Assembly: GCA_044892525.1 (NCBI GenBank)
Contig: CM097887.1
Location: 25,358,001-25,422,000, forward strand
Origin: Schmidtea polychroa
Lineage: Eukaryota
Length of the DNA stretch: 64,000 bases
Direction of reading: 5' to 3'
The first letter of the stretch is position 1. Each line of letters begins with the position of its first letter. The notes under the pieces are model-generated. The model was not told the DNA's origin and did not search any database. It worked only from the letters and a program-made list of their open reading frames with translations. A program made the position numbers and the translations under genes. Shown here one piece after another: positions 25,570 to 36,362 of the stretch.

Positions 25570-26635
25570 GAATTTTTTTTCATTAAATACATTTGCAGCA
25601 AAAGGCTTAAATTATCATTTTATATTATTATATCAAAATATTATATCAATTCCATTTCATAATATATTTATGTTCTTTAAACAGAATATATAAGTGAATT
25701 TACATTTTTGTGATCATTTAGGGATTGAGCATCCTTTTTGTAATTTAGAGTGGGCTTTGGGTAATTGACGTTTACTGGGTTCCTTTATTCAAAACGATGT
25801 CATTTTTCCTGCTGCCCGATTGAAAAACACTGGTCAAAAGGTTTAACTATTAAGACTTGACAATTTTCATATACAAATACATTGTAAACTTTTAAGTCAA
25901 TATTAAGTTTTCACAACAAGAAATTTAATCAAAATTGTAACAATCCTCATTAAAATTTGTCCTTTAATTTTTCTTATATCCATTAAAAACTAACAATAAA
26001 TAATTGATAAAGACATATTTCACTAAATATTATTCAATTTAATCAACAAAACGTTTATAAAAAATTTATTTCAAACATAAATACTAATAGAAATGCCTAG
26101 CAAAATATGGGGATTCCACAGACAAGATTGAGTCACTGAATAATATTCCTTAAGCGTACTTGTACACCAGCACTAATCTCTGAACTAAATAAGAATAAAG
26201 CATTTCCTGGAATATATCAAAAGTACCAAGTTATATCCTCATTGCCCAATAAACTGTAAAGATAATATGAAATTCCAAATGGGACAGAAGCCTTAGAGAT
26301 TTTTCTTATATAAACTGACTAAAAATATAAATTTAATTTTAATAAAAAAAATTTTATATATAAAAAATTTGTAACTAAAGCAAGAGTGATCCTGGAACTT
26401 ATTTATATTTTTTAAAATTCTTGTTTGTATAAAAAGAACTTGCAAATTTTAACTATGTTGTATCAATTCAAACCTTGCATTAAAAACATAACATTATGCA
26501 ATTGTTAGGGACAAGTTCTTGGCTTTAAAAGGATAATTAAAAATAAATATTAATATTCATGATGTCGCAAAAATATTGTTGAGTTATCATTGTTAGTGTT
26601 CAGCGGTAATTATTCTCTCTGATTCCTTATAATCT

Positions 26636-29090
26636 TGTTGGGTTATTGACTTGGTGATAATTTTAAATGTTACTCTGACTCCAAGCGTGTCTTTATACGA
26701 TTCACAAATAACACTTGACAACAGAAATCTTTATTGATAATCACAAATAAACTTTCACTTGACACTGGCAATAAATTCAACACTCTGCTTGGTGAATATA
26801 CAATACTTATTACAACACTCGGTGAGGAATAGCACTTTTGTATAACACAGGATTAAAGGAACACAAATTACTGATTGGTTTCTAAACTGGAATTTTGAGC
26901 TGGTTGTTTTCCTTGACTTTCTTCACAACTTTATTCAAATAATCAATTAACTTTTCGTTTTATTTTCAACTAATTCTTTTCTTCAAATCTTCTCCAATAA
27001 TTATTCTCCACAATTATTTCCCTTACTATTATTTTTGACAATCATTTGTCCAACAACGTTTCGTACAACGTCTAATTTTCTCCAATAATTTTATCTCTCA
27101 AATCGTACCTCAAATCTTCTTCCAAATTGTCTCAATGTCACGTCACTTTTGTCTCTAATTTTATTCTCTCTTCATGTCCACCAGTTTTCCCTTATATAGT
27201 TCGCTTCTCTGGTGGCACTCTAGATAATCAAGTGTTTTTCCATTTTCCTTCTCCTGCTTTCCACGTCTGTCCCATTTTTATCTCTGACAGCTGTCAAGTT
27301 GTTTTCCCTTTTCCCCTTTTTTGTTTGACAAAGGTTTTATTATTTGTCTCAATATTTTTAAAATTACCTTGCAGGCTGGTTACGCCAGGCTGCAGGCGGC
27401 GAGGTACGTGAGGTACGAAGTTCGTGATCTGGAAACTTTAAGGCCTTTCTTATTAATTAAAAATTATATTTATTTATTCATATTTTTATTTATTTGAGTA
27501 GCTCCCCATAGGGTTCTTACTACAACCGCATTGGTATTGAAATTTTTTATTATACTATATAATATTATATTTTATTAAATCAAATTTTATAACTATTATT
27601 ATGAAGATCAATGTCTTTTTTCGATGAACACGATCTGCCACTGGTCAGCGTTGGTTTTTCGCTTGCAATGCATAATTCTCGTCATAAATTCATTTGATGT
27701 TGCTTTCGGTTTTAAATTTTGAAGGCTACCCTTTGCTTGTTGTTGATGTCCGTCCAACACTACATGAATTTTATCATTTATAAAAACATTTACCCTTTTT
27801 CCGACGTTTGTCTTGTATAATACAATTATTTCATTATAAATCTGCATTTGAGCACGATTTGTTTTCTTATTAGATTTAGCTTTAGATTCTAATTTTGACC
27901 ATTGATTGTTCGTACAGGTTTCATAACCATGAAGAGATTTCTGTAGATTCCCATTTTTGACAAAAGATTTTCCATTACTCAATATCTCAATTACATGGTT
28001 TTGGAAAATTATTTTGATTTTCTGCTGTTCTTTGGCTATCCAATACATATAAATTTTTTTTGTCGGTTCGATTACGGCAACTTTCCTCCACACTTTTGTC
28101 CAAAGATTAATATGTATGAAATTATACAGCTTTTGAATTGTCTTTAATTTTGTCGCTAATTGCCAATCCATAATAGAATAAACTTTCGCAATCTTTGTTT
28201 GAGTGTAATCATATACAATTAACGAAGAGGTTTTAGTTAAAATTGCACACAATATTAAGATCATAAACATTAAAAACGGTAGTTTTTCGGGTTTTCTTTT
28301 TAATGCCCCATCATAGTTTTCTCTCATTTTTACAACTGGTTTATTAAATATATTACCTTGCGGTATTTTAAAATTTAAATATATTTTAAAAACTTATTTT
28401 GACGCTAAAGTTGACAGAATAAAATTATTGCACATACTTTGCATTATCATATATAGTCTGAGTCTATCCGACAATATATTCTGTCCCCCTAAGGGTAATG
28501 GTCACAAAGGTAATAATCACAAAGGTACTACTCACAAAGGTACTGCTAAAAATATTCAAGGCAAAACTTTAACATATTATTACACACAATGTATAAAAAA
28601 TATCATTAGATAGATCTTGCACTGGGCTTTAAGATGAGCTATCGATTAATAAATGGGAACACTAACTTGTTGCATGACCAAAACCATGTGTGGACACTAA
28701 TAATATTTTCCTTCTCCTGCTTTCCCCGTCTGTCCCATTTTTATCTCTGACAGCTGTCAAGTTGTTTTCCCTTTTTCCCTTTTTTGTTTGACCGCCTTCA
28801 ACCATCAATTCTGTTATCACTGGCAAGCTGTCGAGATAAGGATATTGTTGTTTTCCTTTTTCCCAGATTTCAAAATTCCTTTTCCTTTTTGTACTTATTA
28901 ATTAGTACTGACCTTGGTTTTCATTTTCCTGTTTGATTCCTTTTATTCCCTTTATCTTTCTCATTTTTAATTTCTTTTTACTTCCGTTTTCTTTTCTGAG
29001 TTCTAATAGATCGTCCTGTTTGTCATGGTGATCTTGCCCCAGGTAATTTTATTTATTTCTTTATAAATTGTTATTTAGGTATCCTCAACA
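26636..29090 (-). mobile_element. Family-1 LTR containing a 1.4-kb insert
   Basis: TGTTG/CAACA ends, TSD ATCT (26632-26635, 29091-29094), homologous to 6081-7000; 88-bp direct repeat at 27242-27329 and 28705-28792 flanks the insert. Confidence 0.75.
27608..28327 (-). CDS. Hypothetical 239-aa protein with an N-terminal hydrophobic segment (env-like or captured gene)
   Basis: Open ORF; LPFLMFMILILCAILT could be a signal or TM segment; no recognised motif. Confidence 0.4.
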   Translation of the reverse strand: MRENYDGALKRKPEKLPFLMFMILILCAILTKTSSLIVYDYTQTKIAKVYSIMDWQLATKLKTIQKLYNFIHINLWTKVWRKVAVIEPTKKIYMYWIAKEQQKIKIIFQNHVIEILSNGKSFVKNGNLQKSLHGYETCTNNQWSKLESKAKSNKKTNRAQMQIYNEIIVLYKTNVGKRVNVFINDKIHVVLDGHQQQAKGSLQNLKPKATSNEFMTRIMHCKRKTNADQWQIVFIEKRH

Positions 29091-30248
29091 ATCTTTAATA
29101 TCAACGAAACAACTCAACACATGAAGTTTTATTAATCAATAGAAATGACACTAGATTTCCAAATTTAACTCAATACAAGGGCAGGGATCCCGATGGGAAG
29201 CTGCCTCAAGTTTGTGGTCACCTTTGTTGATTTGATGGCTCCTTATATAGACATCTTCAACATTTAATTTACATTGACTAAATTCCATTGATTGGGTTCC
29301 CGGGGAACTAATAACTCTAATCTATTTCCAAACTAACTCCGCCTTAGCCGTTCCCCAAGAAGTTGTTTGATTAAGTGAAATTTAATTAATTTTCTTTTTA
29401 AGAATTTTTATTTTGTTTTTCTCCTTTTTATTGATTAATTAATTAGTAATTAACTTTTTCTAGGGATTCAAATTAAGCTTAGATTGTTATTTCTGTACTC
29501 CTTTTGTGAATTGGCACCGTCACATACCCATTTCCACGGGAAATATTGATGCTTACTTTTTACGATTTTTGAAAATTAATTATTTTATTTTTCAATTTTT
29601 GTAAAATTATATTAAATATGCACAATCTCAACAACATTAATGATGTATCATGAATTATGAATTATTGACGGCACCGAAAAATTACTAAAAATAAATAATA
29701 GTAATAAGTCATCAGAAAATTACTGTTAATAGAATTCTGATGACGAGGTCTAAAAAAAGTAATTATTTCAAAATAATACATAATAGAGTAATTTATAAAT
29801 TAAACCACCCCAAAATTTAAGTAGGAAGGAATGCATAATTCTGAGAAACGAATTAATTAAGATTTAGATTACAAAAGATACGAGAATAAATTTCAGAGAA
29901 AATTTAAAGACAAGGATATCATAAGCAGGTCAAATCAATTGATAAAGTGAATTTTAGAAATCCAGAGAAAAATAATTTGTTCAGGGATTTCTCAAAGCGA
30001 GAAAGGAAAATTTTGATTGTAATAGTTGATTTTGAATAGCGAACAATTAAAAAGAAGAGTGGCAGAATTTGGTATTTATACGAAATTCAAGTATTTCAGC
30101 GGGGAGATGTTTCTGTAAGGAATATTACCAGGAAGCTAATATTCGAAAGAAACCATTAATTGAAATTATTTTGTGAACAGGAATCAGATATTAGTAAAGT
30201 TTGAGATACATTTTATCCTGAGATCGGAACAGAGAAAATTTCTTATTG

Positions 30249-30293
30249 AGTAGTGGGGATATATCCCTAACGACCACAGGCCTCCCACTGTTT
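30249..30293. repeat. Polinton left TIR (45 bp)
   Basis: AGTAGTGGGGATATATCCCTAACGACCACAGGCCTCCCACTGTTT; reverse complement at 40305-40349 and 1421-1465. Confidence 0.95.
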
Positions 30294-30295
30294 AA

Positions 30296-33200
30296 AATAA
30301 AAAACAAAATTCTGACGTTGAAGAATGTCATTCAGAAGGAGAACCTGATCATGTTGAAAGAGAAAAATACAACTGGGATGATTTTAATCATATAGATGAA
30401 TTTCAATTAAAAATTAATGGACCTGCAACCCCTGGAGAATATATAAGGAGAAATAAAAAAAATATTAAAAATTCTTTCACTGAAGCTTTAAAAAATTATA
30501 AACCAACAAGGTATAATGTTATAAAATATAAAATTACAATCAAAGCAAAATATTGGAGAGGACCAGAAGAAAAGACAACTCCTTTAGATGTTGAAATTGG
30601 AATACCTTTTAAATATTTATTTTCAACTAGAGGATTTAATAAAAGCATCAAAGAAATAATTCAAGCAGTAGAAGCAAAACAAGAAGAGGTTGAAAATGAA
30701 TTAGGAGATTCAAACTTAGTATTCAACTCTTTCCAAACTTTAGTGATTGATTATTGGAGAGGATTACCACCTAATCCTAAATCTTATATTCAAACACCCT
30801 TTAGATCTAGGGTTGTTATAAATGTACAGAATAAGGATAACAAATGTTTCATGTGGTCAATACTTGCATATTTACATCCTCAAGCTGAAAACCCCCAAAG
30901 AGTTCAACAATACAAACAATATGAAAATGAATTAATATTTCCCAAGGGATTCACGCACCCAATGAAACTAGAAGACATTCCAGAATTTGAAAAACTAAAT
31001 AATCTTAAACTTAATATTTATGAACATGTTAAAGGATGGGGACATGGAAGGAAAGATATTATTCCAATTTATATTTCTGATAGTGATAGCACGAGGGAGA
31101 TATATCTTTTAATCTTGGAAGAAGGAAATAATCAACATTATGTTTTAATAAAAGACTTTCAAGCTTTTACATCACCAGAGAATCCAACTAGTGGAGGAGG
31201 AACATGTAAAAGATGTCTTCATTATTCAACAACTAAAAACTCTATGATTAAACATGCAAGATTTTGTGAAAAAGATGATCCAGCTTTAATTAGAATGCCT
31301 ACAGATCCCAGGATGTATTTTAAAAACTTTTCAAATTTATTACAAACATTAGGAGTTGTCTATGGAGACTTTGAATCTATAAATCGTAAACAAGATATAA
31401 TTATGCAATATTTAAAAATAATAGAAAAATATAAACTCATGGATGAATGGAAAGCCTCTAAACAGAAGATGAAACCAGAGAGGATGAAAGCCTTTCTAAG
31501 AAAAAGAAATAAACCTAATAGTGTTAAAAAAACTAAACAATTACCATCTGCTTATAAACTATTATTTAAAAGTAATTATCCTGAACTCATAAAATCTAGA
31601 GAATATGCATTTCAAGGAACTTCAGAAGATGTTTTAAATCATTTTACTAAAAGTATAAATGATCTAGAACATGAAATATTTAAAATATTAAAAACAAAGT
31701 ATCCTCAAAAAATTTCTAATCAACAACAACAAGAATATGAAAATACTTCCAACTGTTGGATGTGTAAACAAGACATTCTTCCTGATGATAAAGTTATAGA
31801 TCACGATCATTTAAAAAAGGAAAATAATTATCGAGGAGCAGCCCATAGAAATTGTAATCTTAATTGTCATACTCCTAAATTTGTACCAGTTATATTTCAT
31901 AATCTTTTTGGTTATGACATACATCTATTTATTAAACATTTAGCAGAAAATGCTAAAAACTCTTTCAAAGTTATAGGACTAACAAAGGAAAAATATAAAT
32001 CAGTTGAATATGGAAAATTAAAATTTATAGACTCGTTAAACTTTCTCCAAATGTCTCTAGATGGAATAGCTAAAACAATGAAAGCAGAAAATTTTAAAAT
32101 CACTCGAGAATTCTTGGAAAAAAATAATATCCCCCAGAAGAATATCCTACATGCTTAGCAAAAGGAATATATCCCTATGACTATGTTGATTCATTTGAAA
32201 AATATAATGAAACAAAATTACCAGAGAAAGAAGATTTCTATTCCCAACTTCAAAAATCTCATATTACAAATCAAGAATATTCTCGAGCAAATAAAATGTG
32301 GGATCTTTTTAACTGTAAAACTTTAGGAGAATATACAAGTATGTACTTATCCCTAGATGTTTATATTCTAGCAGATTGCTTTGAAGAATTTACAAAGTCT
32401 TTTGTTCTTAAACCTTATAATTATATAACAGCTCCTTCTTTAGCTTGGGATACTATGTTATATACCATTTGGACTTCAGATCTTCCAGAATCTGATAAAA
32501 TTATAGATCTTTTAACCGACCAAGATATGTTTAATCAAATTAAAACAAACATTAGAGGAGGAGTATCTTCAGTAATGGGGAATAGAGAAATAAAAGCTAG
32601 AAATGCAATAACTACTAGCCGAAGAATCTCTAAACTCCCTGATCCATATATAAAACTTAACAATGAGGAACTAAAAGAAGTATTAGAAGGAATGAAAAAT
32701 CCTCTATTTATACTTTATATAGATGCAACAGCTTTATATTCAGGAATTATGACTCAATATTTACCAATGAGTGACTTTCATGAAATATATCCTCCAGAAT
32801 GCCCCTCAGAAGAAGAATGCCCCTTAAAAGACCTTATGAAAGAAATACTTTCAACTCCTAAAGATTCTCCAATAGGATACTTTGTAGAATGTGACCTCGA
32901 CTACCCAGATGATATAAAATCAGGAACAAGACATTTCCCTTTAGCTCCTATAAGAAGAAAGATTGATATCAACGAACTTTCTGAATGGCAAATCTCACAA
33001 GATAAACCTCCAACAATGAAACTTCTTTGTGATCAAACAGATCGAACTTATTATCTTTGTCACTATAGACTCCTCCAGTTTTATCTTTCACAAGGAATGA
33101 TATTAAAAAAAGTTCATAGTGTCATAAGATTTAAACAAGCAGCATTCATGAAGACTTTCATCGAGGAGAACATTCGTTGTCGAAACATTGCAAAAAGAGA

Positions 33201-34398
33201 AGGTAACCTTTTAAAAGACAATAATTATAAACTTTTAAACAATTCAGTCTTTGGGAAAACAATGGAGAATGTTGATAAATATACTCATATTGAACTCCTA
33301 ACAAATACCCCGAAAGATATAGCCCGTTATAATCGTATGCTAGGAAAGCCTACATTTAAAAACGCACAAGTATTTTCTGAAAATCTTACTGCAGTAGAAC
33401 TAAAGAATTATGAGAAAACATATAATAAACCAATATTTATTGGCTTTGCAATTTTAGAACTTTCAAAATTACAAATGTATGAAACATATTATAACATCTT
33501 ACAACCTATATATGGATCGAATATAGCAATGCATGCAATGGATACAGATTCAATGTTTTTAACAATAAGAACTCACGATTTACAAAGTGATATCTCTGAA
33601 AATCCTATACTTTCAAATTTAATAAATTCATCTGGAGAATTATTTTCGTTTAAAGATGAAAAACCTTTTACTCCTATAGAAAATGGAATATTTATTCGTG
33701 CTAAACAATATTCATATGAAACATTTACAAATCCTAAATTTGAAGAACATACATTTATATTTAAAACCCCAGAAACAGAAGAAAGCATTACACATAGATA
33801 TCCTATATTCCCTAAAGGACCTGACGGACAGGGAGAAAAACCTGTAAAGGATAACAGATGTAAAGGAATTCAGAGATGTGTAGCAAAGAATCTTTCTCAT
33901 CAAGATTATATAGATACATTGAATCCAAATCATAAAGATAAAATTGATGAAATACATCAACTTAAAAGTGAAAAGCATGATATTTACTTGATAGAATCCC
34001 AAAAAGTATCATTATCAAATTATGATGACAAAAGATTCATACTAAGTGATTTAAAGACAACTCTTCCTATAGGAAATAATTTAATACCGATAATAAAAAA
34101 TCTTGATAGATTGAATCAGTTATATGGTACAAAGATTACTAATCTTGATATTTATAATGTTGAAATCATTTATCCTGAGAGAATTGAGAAACCTTTATAT
34201 TCTCAAGTTTTTAATCCTATATGTTTAGAACTTAAATATTTTAATACTGATCCTGAATATATAAAAGGTCTAAGTGATAAAGAATTTAAAGATCATAAAG
34301 AGGTTCTAAAAACTAATTTCGAAAAGTTAACATCAGATTCTATCAAATTTCATTTTTATTTAAATATTTCTTTAAATCTTGAATATGTTTTGCTTTAG
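30296..34398 (+). pseudogene. polB: Protein-primed family B DNA polymerase; one frameshift, no start codon
   Basis: INVQNKDNKCFMWSIL, YGDFES, endoVII-like CWMC..DHDH..YRGAAH..CN, FHNLFGYD, KGIYPYDY, YIDATALY, KLLNNSVFGK, DTDS, DDKR. Frame is open from 30296 without an ATG; 1-bp deletion near the C5 run at 32131-32135. Confidence 0.95.
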
Positions 34399-34927
34399 CA
34401 CTACCATGTACTAATTCTATTAAATTTAAATATTTTTTAATTTCTAGAAGATCAACATTCTCTGAGGGATATCCACAAACTAATCCATAAAAATCATCTG
34501 TAAATTCAAAATCTAGGTGTTTAGTATTATAAACATTTTGTGAATGAATACGTGATTTATTTTCTGAACTTAAATATAACAGAAAGTCATGTTTATTAAT
34601 TGTTATTATTTGATATCCTTCAACATTAATATTAAATGTAGGTTTAATTGTTTTACTTAAACTCACATTAATTTTAGGATCAAGTATAAGAGGTTTTATA
34701 TTTAAATCTTCCAACCATGGTAATTCTTTTAAATCTTGTTTATCTTCCAACTCTTTAAATTTTAAAACTTCTAACTCTTTTATGGCTTTAATTGTTGGTC
34801 CTTGTTGTTGTTGGATTACCTCATTTAATATTATAGATTCAGCGTGTTGAGTTGTATCTTTTTTATTATATTTATCTTGTTCTGATTGTAATTTTTTTAA
34901 AAGTGCTAATCTTTCTTCATATACCAT
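34343..34927 (-). CDS. Polinton hypothetical protein (194 aa)
   Basis: Intact ORF inside the element; coiled-coil-like N-terminus; 56-bp convergent overlap with polB. Confidence 0.75.
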   Translation of the reverse strand: MVYEERLALLKKLQSEQDKYNKKDTTQHAESIILNEVIQQQQGPTIKAIKELEVLKFKELEDKQDLKELPWLEDLNIKPLILDPKINVSLSKTIKPTFNINVEGYQIITINKHDFLLYLSSENKSRIHSQNVYNTKHLDFEFTDDFYGLVCGYPSENVDLLEIKKYLNLIELVHGSAKAKHIQDLKKYLNKNEI

Positions 34928-34949
34928 TTTAATGGTATTAAAAATGGTA

Positions 34950-35555
34950 TCATTTTGGTAAAGGATCCGTTGGAAAGGGTTTCAAGTATAAACCTTTACC
35001 ATTTTTAATTTTACAAAGACATCCATTCTTTAAAGATTTACATATTTTTTTAAAATCATCTTTATCTTTTGAAGATAAAGATTCAGATGATGAAATTTGA
35101 TTTTTTAAAAAATCATTTAAACCACGGCCTTTATAAGGATCAAGATAGAGACCCCTTCCCTGAGACTTTTGCAGACTCCCCTCATATGGATTAAGATAGA
35201 GACCCTTTCCAACGGACACTCCCCCTTTAGCTTGATCCTTCTTCATTGAATCGATTTCAGTTTGTAGTTTTTCTTTTTCTAGGTCTGTCTTTTGAGATTC
35301 TTTAGCTTTTTGAACTGTAGTTGCAATTCCTCCAGCTATTCCAGCAGCACCTGATAGTCCGGCAATGATTACAGGTATTAAAGCAGCTAATGGAAGAATA
35401 CCTCCGGATTTGGAGGAACTCCCTATATGTTCTTTAACTTGTTCTTTTACATGTTTTCCAATAAAATATTTTTTACCAGAGATTACTACTGATTTATTTT
35501 TATTTGAATTTATTAATTCTTGCAAAGATTCCTCTGTAGGGTTTTGTGTTGTCAT
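34950..35555 (-). CDS. Polinton putative virion core or membrane-active protein (201 aa)
   Basis: Gly/Ala-rich hydrophobic stretch GGILPLAALIPVIIAGLSGAAGIAGG and three G(K/R)GLYLxP(Y/F) repeats. Confidence 0.7.
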   Translation of the reverse strand: MTTQNPTEESLQELINSNKNKSVVISGKKYFIGKHVKEQVKEHIGSSSKSGGILPLAALIPVIIAGLSGAAGIAGGIATTVQKAKESQKTDLEKEKLQTEIDSMKKDQAKGGVSVGKGLYLNPYEGSLQKSQGRGLYLDPYKGRGLNDFLKNQISSSESLSSKDKDDFKKICKSLKNGCLCKIKNGKGLYLKPFPTDPLPK

Positions 35556-35571
35556 TTTATAATAAATAAAA

Positions 35572-36351
35572 ATGGATACTTGGAAACCAATTTTAAATAG
35601 ACATAAATCTAAATTTAATAATAAAGTATTTCCTGATAATTTTAGATGCTTAATTATTGGATCTTCTGGATGTGGAAAGAATGTTCTTCTTATGAGAATG
35701 TTATTAGAAGATGGTTTTTTGGATTATAATAATTTAATCTTTTATTCTACAACCATTAACCAACCGGAATTAAAACTTTTGAAATGTGGATTTGAAAATA
35801 AATTAACTAAAAAAGCTATAATTGATATTTTTAAAAATCAACATACATATCCCGAAGAGGTTTTTCATCCTTGTGATATGGTTGATTGGTACAAGGAAAA
35901 GATTTTAGAATCAGATATTAGTAATAAAAATGATTATATAGGGGATGGAATCCAGATCTTATTCTCTAATAAACCTGAAGATGTTTTACATTGTGATTTA
36001 CTTCCTAAAGATAAAAAGAATCTAGTTATATTTGATGATGTTGTTAACATGAAAAATCAAGAGATTCAAAAGAGTTACTTTACACGAGGTAGACATAATA
36101 ATTGTAATGTTATTTATATATCTCAAACATATTATGCTTTAGATAAAAACTCTATAAGAAATAATTCTAATTGTTTTATATTTTTTAAATTAGACAAGCG
36201 TGATAAGAATATGATTTATAATGATTTATTTTCAAATGTTGAACCTGATAAGAATATGTTTGATATGTTTCTTGATAATCATTGGAAAGAAAAATATAAT
36301 TATATTTATTTGGATAGAGAAGAAGCTGAAATATGGAAAAGTTTGTTTTAG
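35572..36351 (+). CDS. A32/FtsK-like genome packaging ATPase (259 aa)
   Basis: Walker A IIGSSGCGKN, Walker B LVIFDD, FTRGRHNNCNVIYISQTYY and IRNN motifs. Confidence 0.93.
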   Translation: MDTWKPILNRHKSKFNNKVFPDNFRCLIIGSSGCGKNVLLMRMLLEDGFLDYNNLIFYSTTINQPELKLLKCGFENKLTKKAIIDIFKNQHTYPEEVFHPCDMVDWYKEKILESDISNKNDYIGDGIQILFSNKPEDVLHCDLLPKDKKNLVIFDDVVNMKNQEIQKSYFTRGRHNNCNVIYISQTYYALDKNSIRNNSNCFIFFKLDKRDKNMIYNDLFSNVEPDKNMFDMFLDNHWKEKYNYIYLDREEAEIWKSLF

Positions 36352-36362
36352 GGCTTGTCGAC

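Noticed and set aside
32115-32160. Programmed -1 frameshift at the A_AAA_AAT heptamer in polB
   Set aside because: A -1 slip there meets TAA immediately; a 1-bp loss in the C5 run (mutation or sequencing error) explains the break better.
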